From contig OX597815.1 of the NCBI GenBank assembly GCA_951406725.2, positions 147,994,001-148,058,000 of the forward strand: a DNA stretch of 64,000 nucleotides. Reading direction: 5' to 3'. This document shows positions 12,811 through 25,865 of the stretch, piece after piece (the stretch's first letter is position 1; the number at the start of each line of letters is the position of its first letter). The DNA comes from Octopus vulgaris. Its lineage: Eukaryota. A model generated the notes under the pieces. The model worked only from the letters and a program-made list of their open reading frames with translations. It made no database searches and had not been told where the DNA came from. A program made the position numbers and the translations under genes.

Positions 12811-13169
12811 TAAAATAATAAGCGTATATTACTTCTTTATAATCTTCCCGGTTCCATTTAGTTCTTTTACATTTTTGATTTTGTGGTCATTGTGGTGGGT
12901 AAATTTGGCGGCTTAATTTGGGACAAACCCCGTTTAAGTGACCTTCGAGATTCGTATTCGGGGAAGGTATTCTGCTATTTGAAAAACTTTTGCTATCAGG
13001 CTGATGGCCTCCTGACAGGCAAGCTTGCAGAATAACCTTTGGACAAGCGATTCGGTCTACTGTTTTTACTTTTTAAGTAAAGTTAAATTATTATTAAATT
13101 TTCACATTTTTTATTAAATGTTTTTAATTATTTATTTTTAGCCAATAATCTTCATACAGGAGCCGCATT

Positions 13170-13480
13170 TATCATCATTAGCAGCAGCAGCACCAGTAGT
13201 AGTAGTAGCAGCAGTAATATCACTATCAGCAGCAGCGGTGGCAGTGGTAATAGCAGTAGTAATAGCAGTAATAATGGCAGCAGCAACAGCAGCAGTACCT
13301 GTAGTAGTAGCAGCAACAGTAGCAGTAATATAACTAGTGGCAGTAGCAGCAGCAGCAGTAGTAGTAGTAGTAGAGTAGTAGCAGCAGCAGTGGTGGTAGC
13401 AGCGGCAGTGGTAGCAGCAACAGTAGCAGTGGTAGTAATAGTAGTAGTAGTATCAGCGGTAGCAGCAGCAGTAGTAGTAA

Positions 13481-13524
<44 letters not shown>

Positions 13525-13585
13525 ACAGCAGCAGTAGTAGCAGTGGCAGTAGTAGTAGCAGCGGCAGTAGTAGTAGTAGTAGTAA
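13170..13585. repeat. Degenerate (AGT/AGC)n microsatellite
   Basis: Read directly. Confidence 0.9.
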
Positions 13586-14219
13586 GTGCTGCTCGTGTAA
13601 TATTTTTTTTTAAGTGGAATGGGACCCGATCGGTCTACTACTTAGCAGAGAAAAAAGTGGCCATGACCTTAAGAAAAATTAAGGTAGGGCCGACTTACTC
13701 TGTTCTGTATTATTTGTGAATAGAGAAGTTGTGTTCGTCCAGAGAGAATCAATTATTATTATCATTATTTTTTTCCACGTGCATTTCTGTTATTGTAACA
13801 AAAAGTATTTTTGCATATTTCCATTTAGTCAGAGAGAGAATAAAGGTAATATTGTGGAGATTGATGTTGAGTTTCCTACAGATGTTTGTTTGCATGTCCA
13901 GTTAGAGAAAATAGTTGGGTTTTTGCAATAAAAATGATGCTTACATTTTTGTATACTCAGGGAGAAAGGAAAGAAAAGACGCGAGAGTCAAATTTTCACA
14001 GAAAGTTTTAAGATTCACCAAAGGTGGACTTTTGTATGCCGACACAAATTAAACTGTAATGTTTTTAGAAAACAAAAATGATATTTACAGAGGGAAGGAT
14101 GAGCATTCACAGCGATTGTTGATATTAACGTTTTTAAAACTGATCGTTTGTGTGTTTGAAACAGGTAGATATGTACGTTTGTAAATTGCTTAACTTATAA
14201 TAATAATTATTATTATTAT

Positions 14220-14482
14220 GGTAGTAAGCTTGCAGAATCTTTAGCACTCCGGACGAAATGCCTATTGATATTTCCTCTGCTGCTATGTTCTGAGTGCATA
14301 TTCTTCCAGGTCGTCTTTGCTATTCATCCTTTCCGGTTCGATAAATTAAGAACTAATTGAACACTGGTGTCGGTGTAATCGATTCATCCCCTCAGCAACA
14401 TGGCTACCCTTGTGGCAAAATTTGAAACAATAATGATAATAATAATAATAATAATAATAATAATTATTATTATTATTATTAA

Positions 14483-14548
<66 letters not shown>
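14220..14548 (+). mobile_element. Diverged SINE family B followed by an (AAT)n/(ATT)n tract
   Basis: Similarity to the other family B copies. Confidence 0.65.
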
Positions 14549-14552
<4 letters not shown>

Positions 14553-15544
14553 CAGTATTATGTCTAGTGAATAATTTCAATAGTTATTCTATGAGATATT
14601 GCTTACGGGGATTTTAAGCAAAGTATTGAAAATACCTCCTCGTAGTTTTTATTAAAAAGATTCAACATGAATCTTGAGATTTTAGAGTTTCCTGGTAGTT
14701 TCCATTTGTTACTTTTTCTTTCAGCGTCTCGACTATTTCCCGATTTTATATGGCCTCCTCTCGTATCACACAATCTTAGCTGCTGTGCTTAATACTTTTG
14801 ATCAATCTCATCCGTTTTTTTCTTCCTTTGCTCTCTGTGAACTTCACTAGCGTTGTTTTCTATTTTTCTTATGTTTTGCATCATTGTGTATTTCATGGAA
14901 TATTCTTGATTTGGAAATGAAGTACTTTTTCTGAAAGAAATCATTGCTGTTTTCAATTGCAACGGATACGCAATGTGGTTTTCCGATACATCTCTAAATT
15001 AATCTCTCATCTTTCTGTAGCATTTTTCTTAATTTGTTTTTCAATTATGTATAGTTGTCACTGATTTGAAAAATGCACTGCAATATGATATTGTTTTATT
15101 TTTTTGATTTGTGTGGATTTCTGTATGCATTTCTATGTGTCTTGCTGGTATTTAGGTATTCACAAACGTGGTGATCCCTAAAAGAACAAATATTCCTTTA
15201 TAATTAACGTGATATCTGCATATTATATTTCATGTTATTTAACACACTGATATTGATCTCAGTTATCACCGAATCGTAGGCGTAAAACATGGATATCTTT
15301 TATTTGGTGCGAAGATTTAAACAGTACCGAAATTATATTTGGAAACCTGTGTACATTTTAGATAAGGGCACACAAATAATCCAAATTTCGGATATCTTTC
15401 TCGATCCGTAGAAAGTATGAGGCCAGTTACCCGGTTATATATTTGACCGAATTGAGAAGAAATCCTGCGAGAGGGATGCAGTGCCGTTGCTGGCTTTAGA
15501 GGCCACAATTTAGAGGGGATGGGGCTTGTCGATTACATTGAACT

Positions 15545-16250
15545 TAACACTTGATTCATAATTTATGGCATTATCTGCAAAGTGGCCTACGCAAGTTTGC
15601 AGAAAGTGCATGGAAAAGAATGCATGAGACGCACACAAATGTACGAGTTGTTCAGATGTTTCCAAAATGGTCGAAAAAATGTTGATATTGTCGAACGTTC
15701 TGGGAGACGCTTAAGCAACAGAACTGAGAAAAATGTTGCAGATGTGCTTGCAGCTGTGAAGGTAAATCGTCCAACCGCCATCCGTAAGTTCTTAGAAGAT
15801 GTGCAGATTAGGTATGGTTCAATTCAGTCTATTTTCACTGAAGATTTAGATATGAGACGCGTGTCTGCCTAGTTTGCGCCAAAACTGCTTTTAACTGACC
15901 AAAAAGACACTCGGGTGTCAGTTGCACATGATCTCCTTCATTGTGTCAAGAACGATGAAACCATTTTTGAAAAGTTTGCGTATGATTCTGAGCAGGTATC
16001 GCCAATCTTTTGTCAAATTTGATGCATATTCTCTGTTCAACTATCTCTGTCATTGTCAATGCAACAATCATATGCTATGCATCTTCCTTCCAAGCACGAC
16101 CGTGAATAGCGGAAGTGTGTTAGAACGTTAAAACTTAATGCGCAGGCACAACAGAGATCAAGGACAACTAGTGCGAAGCAGCTTTACTTTTCGTTCTTTA
16201 GCTTCGCTGATAGGGCCACAGACTGGCTAGTTATTGATTGATCAAACCAT
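15545..16250 (+). mobile_element. Mariner transposon derivative: transposase HTH region followed by an inverted 5' segment
   Basis: ORF 15582-15872 reads ..FQNGRKNVDIVERSGR..IQSIFTEDLDMRRVSA*FAPKLL. Sequence from ~15960 on the - strand reads EQRICIKF, a mariner N-terminal motif. Confidence 0.8.
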
Positions 16251-16339
16251 GTATAATTATTTCTCTGACATATAAACAGTGACAATATTTTAATACTGGA
16301 AGGCGACGAGGTGACAGAAACTTTAGCAAGCCGGGTGAA

Positions 16340-16800
16340 ATACTTAGTGGTATTTCGTTAAAAAGAAACAAACAGAGAAACGAGACATGCAACATAAATA
16401 ATATTCCACTTCATTAGTTGTCCCTGTTTCATTTACTCCGCGTTTCGGAGGCAAGGACAATATGCGACTTCTTTGAAACAGTCCTTCCCGCGAAGCAAAT
16501 TATATATATATATGCCTATACACATACATATATGTCTATATACATACATATATGTACATACTTACATATATATCTATATAAAATGCATATATGGTTTCAG
16601 GATGTCATAAAACGTAAATTATATGAAATACGAAAACATGGAGTACGAACATTTTTACGAGAATAACGAAACAAAGAAATAGAAAACAAGACAAGTGGAG
16701 TAGATAAAAAGCCGACACCTGATGAAGGGGCGTTCTTTATGTTACTTCACTTGTTTTCCATTTACGCCTATTTTTCAGCGCGTAAGCTAGAAAATCGTTT
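16340..16800. repeat. Dispersed repeat with a GAAA...CTGATGA motif (also 42480-42710), partly inverted
   Basis: Shared ..CTGATGAAG..TTCTTTATGTT.. sequence at 16716-16745 and 42570-42600, with a reverse copy near 16390-16450. Confidence 0.5.
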
Positions 16801-16933
16801 CTAATCCCTTATTATAATTATATATATAATTTTCACCTTCATTGGTTGCATGTTATATAGTGGCCACTGATTAAGGGTTTTTCTTCTTAAAAACGTCTTA
16901 GCCTCTATTATCAATACATGTATATACATGTAT

Positions 16934-17014
<81 letters not shown>

Positions 17015-20000
17015 TATACATATATGCAAAATCATGTATCTCTGAGTAACACTAAATATACTCTACAGAATCAGAAGCACGCTTGTATTGGAAACTTTCC
17101 TAATCTTTTACAAAAGAAATGCATCTCTCGATACCTTCAATCATGGGTGAACCGAAAATTAAGAGAAACACCTACATGAAACAACCTCTAATCTCTCCCT
17201 GGAAACTAATATGCATAGAGTTTACGAAAAGGGATTGAGCTTACTCAACTAAAGATTTCTAGGTGCAATTGCATTTCGTATCTCCGAAATACAACATCTG
17301 TTTATAGAACTGTATATATGTCCCGGGGGCGACTTCTTTGACTAAAAGCGGTGCACCAGCCTGGCTGCAGCCAAATGACCGAAATAAATTACAAAATAAA
17401 AGAAAGAAAGAATAACATGTATAATCCTGAATAATTGACAATACATCACGATGGCAATATTCTAAACTGAATATAACTCTAAGCTCTCCTTTTAAACGTG
17501 CGGATAGAGCAGTTATAGCTGCTTGGAAACTGGGCCCAAATAAGAAATGTAAAATCGAGTACATGTTCCAAATATATGTATTAAGATATGCTAACAATAA
17601 GTCTTTAATACTGCACAACCTGCCCGATTCTCAAAACAAATTACGAGCAGATTAGCTTTTGCGGTCAAGTGAGAAGCGAAAATCAGGTTATGCAGTCTAG
17701 TGGGAATCTCATAATTAATGGCGAACTCCATTCAGGTAATATCTAACAGTTTGCGGAGACCGAAAATTAAGTTTTCCTAGTTTACAAATACTTGTATGAT
17801 GATCCAAATACGAAACTGAACTGTATAGAAGCATTAAAAATCATTAACTACAACATCTATGTATGAAAACCCAATAGAAACACGGACGGTGTCATTAAAT
17901 AATGATAGTGCCAGATGAAAGGAAGAAAATCACCATCAGATATCAATGTTGTGCTTGCTGTTAATAAACCACATGTTGCGAAAGTTTTTCAATCATCATT
18001 TACACGAGCTCATATATTTACATAGAGCTTTTCAAAAACCATTTTATGTAAAGTAAAACAAAATTCAGATCAGCGTTTTATGACATAACCTCTCCAGATT
18101 GAATTCAACGCTGTTTTCCTGTAAAAGAATAACTGAAAATATGCGGAAACCTAAAGAGAAACAAATGAAAATATCCAATCCAGAACTAATTTATTTTCTG
18201 TTCGAGTACACGGCGCACACTCACATACATATAAAAATATATTAAAATGAATTTGTAGCTTGATATTTCACTTACAACAACCCTCCTAAATGTCATATAT
18301 CGGATGTTGATAAACAGATGGAGAGAATTTATTGCATGTTTGTGTCTTAAAATAATTTCTGAAAATTTACGGCAAATAAATTTTTTCGCGAAAAGTCCAC
18401 GTCCAGTACGTATCACCAGACGACATGGCGCGGCGAATAATAAATAATATTGGTATCAAGTGTTCTCGGAGGTCCAGAACGTTTGAGGCCGAAGGTAAGT
18501 CGATTACATCGACCCCTATATTCAACTGCTGCTTATTTTATGGGCCCAAATGATGAAAGGTAAACTCGGCCTCGGCTGAACGTGGACTCCGAAATAAAGA
18601 CGGGTAAAACACAAGCAAGCATTTGCGTGGTGTACTCACGATTCTGACAGCCTGCTTTACTCGATTAATCAATCATATTCATATCTAATTTATGACAGTA
18701 TCTTTTGAGTGCATATTTTATTGTCTCAACAAGCAATCGTAAGTATTGCGCATAAATATGTTAATAAAAAATTAGGAGGATGCAAACGAAAAGGGTTAAG
18801 GTAGAAGTTGATAATTTGGGGGCGATGAATACTTGTTTAAATTTGAAATCATTATTACGTTTGAAGGAGTGGGGCCAGTGAAAAAAATTCAAATTCTTGA
18901 AGATATATAATTAATGATACGTAGGAATTAGCACTAGATAAATAGGTAAAATAATTATAATTGAAATAAAGTTTAACATTATTTTATTAAAAGGATTATA
19001 TCTCGAAGGCTAGCGTAATTCCTATTGGGTGAACCTCATATATTATCAAGAAAAATAGCAGTAAATTAAAAAAAAAAATCCGCACAAAGTTAATTAAAAT
19101 TGAACGCATCTTAAATGTTACCTGATGAAAATCTAGTTTAGAAATTGTGGTTCTAATGAAAGGAGAGCAATGAATTAAAAGAAAATTAATTAAAATCTGA
19201 AATTACAGAATTAAAGTTAAGTATCAAATATCAAGTAGAATCTTTTTCTTTCAACCCCGAATATTAATAGAATAATCACGGTATTACTTGAAACATTATT
19301 CATAAATTTATTGAAAGTCATTTAACTGGCGTCACACTTTGTAAAGTGCGAACGGGATTCTTCATTCCGGTCACATTCTGAGAGATTAGTGGTTTCAAAA
19401 TTAAGTATATAAAATGCATTTGTTCAAAATACTTCATTGTAAGAAATGAAATCGTTATTTGATTTAATTTGCAGCTTGACATTTTCAAATGGGGTGACTC
19501 ACATATCATTTGGTAACACTTATAATATCAGATGACATTGACATTGGCGTGATTACTCTTCATGATTTGCATGGCGCTCTTACGCTTAGAAAATATTAAA
19601 ACAGTAATAGCACAGTGCGCCAGATAATTTCTCCTCATCGCAGGTCGGGGAAGTTGACGAGGACTCCAGAAGACGACCGAATCTGCCAGAAAATATTAAA
19701 ATTCTTTTATTGCATGTCTCAGTTTATTGAAAGCATTCCCTATCACGATCCTGGAATACGGATTTGCATGCGGTTTTAAGTGGCAATAAAATCGTGCGTG
19801 GAATGTCTGTGAATTATAATTTTCATTTAGTTCCATCAATAATGAAATGATGTTCTGTCTTATCAAAAATGTTAATATCAGTGTTCAGTAATTTCTCCTT
19901 TGTTGCACTCATCTTTCTTTCGTTGCCTCCACCATTTTATAATTGCACCTCTATCTGTACATTTTTGAAGCTTATACACCAAACATGATTTTACGGGCAA

Positions 20001-20920
20001 CTGAAACAAGTTTCTTTAAATGTGTGCATATGAGTGTGTGTATATGTATGTGTGTATCCACGCGCATGCGTGTGCGTGTGTATCTGCATTGTGCACATCA
20101 CAGCTGTAATGGTATTTGTGTATGTCAGATATACGCACCTTCTATATTATTAGAGTGTTCTACATCTGCACATGGAACAATTTAGGTTTTTACTTCAGTT
20201 AGTTACATTCTTGCAGATATATTACACTTCTTGATACGTGCAGATACTCTCTGAAGTTTGTAATATGGCATTAAATGTCGCAAAATGTTGTCATTAGGTA
20301 TGTTTTGATGTAATTAGCACATTTGTTATAAGTCTTTACCTCTCATCGTTGTATAGGGGAACTCGAAATCGCAAAATGATTCTGAATTACACTGGGTGTT
20401 CAAACAAAGGAATCATCAGTTTGTAAAATAATTTTATTCTCGAGGCACCACTTCTGAAGATTGTGAAAGAGAAAACCAGGATATGTGTTAAAGTATTCGG
20501 AATTCTACACCAAGAAAATCTAAAACTCGGTATTAGAAATGAATTTAAAACAAAGTCTATGAATTTTCTAACATTTCAATTCTGAATGGTACAATTGACC
20601 GAGGCGCAGAATTATCAGAATCTATCACCACATATGTAGCAAATTCCAGCTATCAGACAAGAAGTAAACATTTTATCCCTTTACTGGTTGCGTATATCTT
20701 GCGTTTCAGGTAATGTCAACTCAAATACTGCTTCTAAGAGAATAATGACGATATTATCGAACTTCTAGATATTAAATGTAAATTTTAGCAGATAATAAAG
20801 AATAAAAATAATCTACATAGCAAAAAGAAAAATGTTCTGAATGAATTTAAACAAAATTGGTTAGCGTATTGGCTGCGGGTTTGTGTTTTATATTATGGTC
20901 GTTTATATTTGGTTGTAACA

Positions 20921-21108
20921 AGGCGGCAAGCTGGCAGATAAGGTTAGCACGCCGGGAGAGATGATTATCGGTATTTCGTCAGTCTTTACGTTCTCAGTTC
21001 AAATTCCGCCGAGGTCGATAAATTAAGTAGCAGTTACATATTGGGGTCTATCTAATCGACTGCCCCCATCCCCTAAAATTTCGGGTCTGGTGCCTAAAGT
21101 AGAAAATA
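20921..21108 (+). mobile_element. SINE family B
   Basis: AAGGCGGCAAGCTGGCAG head through the GTGCCTAAAGTAGAAAA tail. Confidence 0.8.
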
Positions 21109-21334
21109 ATATTTTGTTATGACGAGAGCATTTTGCGTGCTCATTTTCTGATATATAATTTGAAAGTCATCGCTTATTGAGAGACTTTCCAGTAAAGAAT
21201 CTGCTCGAACATTAAGAACAATACGGAATTACACAAACTTTCAACTACTACGTTAAATGTGTTATATAACAAGAAAACTGGAGAAAAATGTGATCTAATG
21301 CGTCTGTGTTACAAACGTTTCATGCACTCGCCTT

Positions 21335-21361
21335 ATATATATATATATATATATATTTATT

Positions 21362-21432
<71 letters not shown>

Positions 21433-21435
21433 TCT

Positions 21436-21466
<31 letters not shown>

Positions 21467-21467
21467 T

Positions 21468-21530
<63 letters not shown>
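21335..21530. repeat. (TA)n microsatellite with TTATTC interruptions (also 24285-24573, 25869-25920)
   Basis: Read directly; flanks both hammerhead arrays. Confidence 0.95.
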
Positions 21531-21534
<4 letters not shown>

Positions 21535-21654
21535 ACAATAAAGGAACGGCCATAATAGGCCATTCACCCACTAGAAATAACAGCCAAAGCTTCAACCGCA
21601 AATAAAAGTTAATTCAGTAAACCAGGAGAAAATTTAAAAAACATTTACCCTGTA

Positions 21655-21761
21655 ATTTCTTATACGATATACCGTTTCATCTGCTGATTAATGGTAAACT
21701 AACCTGATTAAATTAAATCAAGCCAATCTTCCACAGGCCCTCAGATTCTTCAGTAAGAAAT
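21655..21761 (-). ncRNA. Type I hammerhead ribozyme (493-bp family)
   Basis: Reverse complement of 22962-23068. Confidence 0.88.
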
Positions 21762-22147
21762 AGCCCAAGACGGAACAGATATTTTCACGAGGCATTTCCG
21801 ACGTTGCCAAGTTAATATCTGACCTAAAATTTTCAAATCGTCGCACTCGCGCCAAATTTATCGGCAGCAAATAAATATAAGCCGTCGATTCCATTACGGA
21901 ATTAACCAGAAAATTCATAATTAATCAATATAGGGTGGCAAAAAAAATTTTGTAGAATTCTTTTGCCACCAGCGGCCTAGTAGGAAAAAATTAAAATAGT
22001 CATAGACCATTTTTAAGTTCAACATCAACAATAAAGGAACGGCCATAATAGGCCATTCACCCACTAGAAATAACAGCCAAAGCTTCAACCGCAAATAAAA
22101 GTTAATTCAGTAAACCAGGAGAAAATTTAAAAAACATTTACCCTGTA

Positions 22148-22254
22148 ATTTCTTATACGATATACCGTTTCATCTGCTGATTAATGGTAAACTAACCTGA
22201 TTAAATTAAATCAAGCCAATCTTCCACAGGCCCTCAGATTCTTCAGTAAGAAAT
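22148..22254 (-). ncRNA. Type I hammerhead ribozyme (493-bp family)
   Basis: Reverse complement of 22962-23068. Confidence 0.88.
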
Positions 22255-22961
22255 AGCCCAAGACGGAACAGATATTTTCACGAGGCATTTCCGACGTTGC
22301 CAAGTTAATATCTGACCTAAAATTTTCAAATCGTCGCACTCGCGCCAAATTTATCGGCAGCAAATAAATATAAGCCGTCGATTCCATTACGGAATTAACC
22401 AGAAAATTCATAATTAATCAATATAGGGTGGCAAAAAAAAATTTTGTAGAATTCTTTTGCCACCAGCGGCCTAGTAGGAAAAATTAAAATAGTCATAGAC
22501 CATTTTTAAGTTCAACTTCAACAATAAAGGAACGGCCATAATAGGCCATTCACCCACTAGAAATAACAGCCAAAGCTTCAACCGCAAATAAAAAGTTAAT
22601 TCAGTAAACCAGGAGAAAATTTAAAAAACATTTACTTTAGTTCCTTTATTGTTGATGTTGAATTGAAAAAACTTTTACTTTAGTTCCTTTATTGTTGATG
22701 TTGAACTTAAAAATAGTCTATGACTATTTTAATTTTTTCCTACTAGGCCGTTGGTGGCAAAAGAATTCTACAAAATTTTTTTTGCCACCCTATATTGATT
22801 AATTATGAATTTTCTGGTTAATTCCGTAATGGAATCGACGGCTTATATTTATTTGCTGCCGATAAATTTGGCGCGAGTGCGACGATTTGAAAATTTTAGG
22901 TCAGATATTAACTTGGCAACGTCGGAAATGCCTCGTGAAAATATCTGTTCCGTCTTGGGCT

Positions 22962-23068
22962 ATTTCTTACTGAAGAATCTGAGGGCCTGTGGAAGATTGG
23001 CTTGATTTAATTTAATCAGGTTAGTTTACCATTAATCAGCAGATGAAACGGTATATCGTATAAGAAAT
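22962..23068 (+). ncRNA. Type I hammerhead ribozyme (493-bp family), predicted cleavage after GUA at 23060
   Basis: ATTTCTTA-CTGAAGA-ATCTG..CAGAT-GAAA-CGG TATA TCG-TA-TAAGAAAT: 8-bp stem I, CUGANGA core, extended stem II, GAAA, stem III, GUA triplet. Confidence 0.9.
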
Positions 23069-23453
23069 TACAGGGTAAATGTTTTTTAAATTTTCTCCTG
23101 GTTTACTGAATTAACTTTTATTTGCGGTTGAAGCTTTGGCTGTTATTTCTAGTGGGTGAATGGCCTATTATGGCCGTTCCTTTATTGTTGATGTTGAACT
23201 TAAAAATGGTCTATGACTATTTTAATTTTTTCCTACTAGCCGCTGGTGGCAAAAGAATTCTACAAAATTTTTTTTGCCACCCTATATTGATTAATTATGA
23301 ATTTTCTGGTTAATTCCGTAATGGAATCGACGGCTTATATTTATTTGCTGCCGATAAATTTGGCGCGAGTGCGACGATTTGAAAATTTTAGGTCAGATAT
23401 TAACTTGGCAACGTCGGAAATGCCTCGTGAAAATATCTGTTCCGTCTTGGGCT

Positions 23454-23560
23454 ATTTCTTACTGAAGAATCTGAGGGCCTGTGGAAGATTGGCTTGATTT
23501 AATTTAATCAGGTTAGTTTACCATTAATCAGCAGATGAAACGGTATATCGTATAAGAAAT
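23454..23560 (+). ncRNA. Type I hammerhead ribozyme (493-bp family), predicted cleavage after 23552
   Basis: Same sequence as 22962-23068. Confidence 0.9.
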
Positions 23561-23946
23561 TACAGGGTAAATGTTTTTAAATTTTCTCCTGGTTTACTGA
23601 ATTAACTTTTATTTGCGGTTGAAGCTTTGGCTGTTATTTCTAGTGGGTGAATGGCCTATTATGGCCGTTCCTTTATTGTTGATGTTGAACTTAAAAATGG
23701 TCTATGACTATTTTAATTTTTTCCTACTAGGCCGCTGGTGGCAAAAGAATTCTACAAAATTTTTTTTTGCCACCCTATATTGATTAATTATGAATTTTCT
23801 GGTTAATTCCGTAATGGAATCGACGGCTTATATTTATTTGCTGCCGATAAATTTGGCGCGAGTGCGACGATTTGAAAATTTTAGGTCAGATATTAACTTG
23901 GCAACGTCGGAAATGCCTCGTGAAAATATCTGTTCCGTCTTGGGCT

Positions 23947-24053
23947 ATTTCTTACTGAAGAATCTGAGGGCCTGTGGAAGATTGGCTTGATTTAATTTAA
24001 TCAGGTTAGTTTACCATTAATCAGCAGATGAAACGGTATATCGTATAAGAAAT
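23947..24053 (+). ncRNA. Type I hammerhead ribozyme (493-bp family), predicted cleavage after 24045
   Basis: Same sequence as 22962-23068. Confidence 0.9.
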
Positions 24054-24276
24054 TACAGGGTAAATGTTTTTTAAATTTTCTCCTGGTTTACTGAATTAAC
24101 TTTTATTTGCGGTTGAAGCTTTGGCTGTTATTTCTAGTGGGTGAATGGCCTATTATGGCCGTTCCTTTATTGTTGATGTTGAACTTAAAAATGGTCTATG
24201 ACTATTTTAATTTTTTCCTACTAGGCCGCTGGTGGCAAAAGAATTCTATAAAATTTTTTTTGCCACCCTATATTGA

Positions 24277-24352
<76 letters not shown>

Positions 24353-24866
24353 TCTTATATATATATGTATATATATATATTTATTCATATATATATATGT
24401 ATATATTTATTCATATATATATATATATATACTTATTCATATATATATATATATATATATATTTATTCATATATATATATATATATATTTATTCATATAT
24501 ATATATATATATATATTTATTCATATATATATATATATATATATATATTCATATATATATATATATATATATAGTTATCCGTAATAATGAAGGGTGAAAT
24601 TAATTAATTTGGAATAATTATCAATTACCCCAAGTAGTCTTCGGCATGTAAAAGCCTCATTCGAGGAAAATTTAAGTAATACTAAGCAATAAGGGTTTAG
24701 CAACGAATTGCCTTACCACATACCGAATTTAGAAATAGCAGTCAAAGGGTTATAGCTATTTCTTCTACTAAAAAGGGAGATCTCAGTAAAAACAGCAATT
24801 GGAAGGCTGACACAAACAGGTAAGAGAGAATGAATTAACTGCAATCTATCATACATTTTAAAGTTA

Positions 24867-24973
24867 TCTACGGACGTACGTTTCGAAATCAAGTTTTTAG
24901 GAAAGCATAAGAATTAAATATTATATATTAAATAATTCTATCTTACCGAAACTTCTTTTCTCTTCAGCGTAGA
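24867..24973 (-). ncRNA. Type I hammerhead ribozyme (600-bp family)
   Basis: Reverse complement of 25573-25679, with small differences in the stem II loop. Confidence 0.87.
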
Positions 24974-25572
24974 ATACTATAATCATAAATGATTATATAT
25001 TGAATTTTGAGATACTAGGAGGCACCAACTCAACTCAGTATCAGAGCGAGCTAGAATCCGCAACTAATATCACCGAATTCAAATTTAAAAATGTATGATA
25101 GATTGCAGTTAATTCATTCTCTCTTACCTGTTTGTGTCAGCCTTCCAATTGCTGTTTTTACTGAGATCTCCTTTTTAGTAGAAGAAATAGCTATAACCCT
25201 TTGACTGCTATTTCTAAATTCGGTATGTGGTAAGGCAATTCGTTGCTAAACCCTTATTGCTTAGTATTACTTAAATTTTCCTCGAATGAGGCTTTTACAT
25301 GCCGAAGACTACTTGGTGTAATTGATAATTATTCCAAATTAATTAATTTCACCCTTCATTATTACGGATAACCATATTTTATCTCAGTAGATGACCACAG
25401 CATCTTGTTTTGGCTACACGCGGGTGGGAAGGGGCTGTTGACACAATCGTTTCATTCACAAATTTGAATTCGGTGATACTAGTTGCGGATTCTAGCTCGC
25501 TCTGATACTGAGTTGAGTTGGTGCCTCCTAGTATCTCAAAATTCAATATATAATCATTTATGATTATAGTAT

Positions 25573-25679
25573 TCTACGCTGAAGAGAAAAGAAGTTTCGG
25601 TAAGATAGAATTATTTAATATTTAATATTTAATTCTTATGCTTTCCTAAAAACTTGATTTCGAAACGTACGTCCGTAGA
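25573..25679 (+). ncRNA. Type I hammerhead ribozyme (600-bp family), predicted cleavage after GUC at 25673
   Basis: TCTACG-CTGAAGA-GAAA..TTTC-GAAA-CGTAC-GTC-CGTAGA: perfect 6-bp stem I, CUGANGA core, long stem II, palindromic stem III (ACGTACGT), GUC triplet. Confidence 0.9.
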
Positions 25680-25865
25680 TAACTTTAAAAATGTATGATA
25701 GATTGCAGTTAATTCATTCTCTCTTACCTGTTTGTGTCAGCCTTCCAATTGCTGTTTTTACTGAGATCTCCCCCTTTTAGTAGAAGAAATAGCTATAACC
25801 CTTTGACTGCTATTTCTAAATTCGGTATGTGGTAAGGCAATTCGTTGCTAAACCCTTATTGCTTA

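Larger units (their letters stand above)
21531..24284. repeat. ~493-bp tandem and inverted array, retrozyme-like (- block 21531-22635, ~2.2 units; + block ~22684-24284, ~3.25 units)
   Basis: The identical 66-aa ORF recurs at 21718 and 22211 (-) and at 22805, 23297 and 23790 (+), with 492-493 bp spacing. Each full unit holds one hammerhead. Confidence 0.95.

Noticed and set aside
18086-18128. Possible - strand micro-exon (TTCTTTTACAG|ENSVEFNLE|GT)
   Set aside because: Too short; no neighbouring exons or homology can be supported.
19122-19162. CTGATGA..GAAA motif
   Set aside because: No stem I or III pairing and no suitable NUH site; chance match.
22805-23005. Identical 66-aa ORF repeated five times (MNFLVNSVMEST..)
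   Set aside because: No recognisable domain. It overlaps the ribozyme core, and its identity simply reflects the young repeat; no evidence of coding constraint.
21531-24284. CRISPR array or ordinary satellite
   Set aside because: Eukaryotic context, no unique spacers, and the units carry ribozymes and switch orientation.
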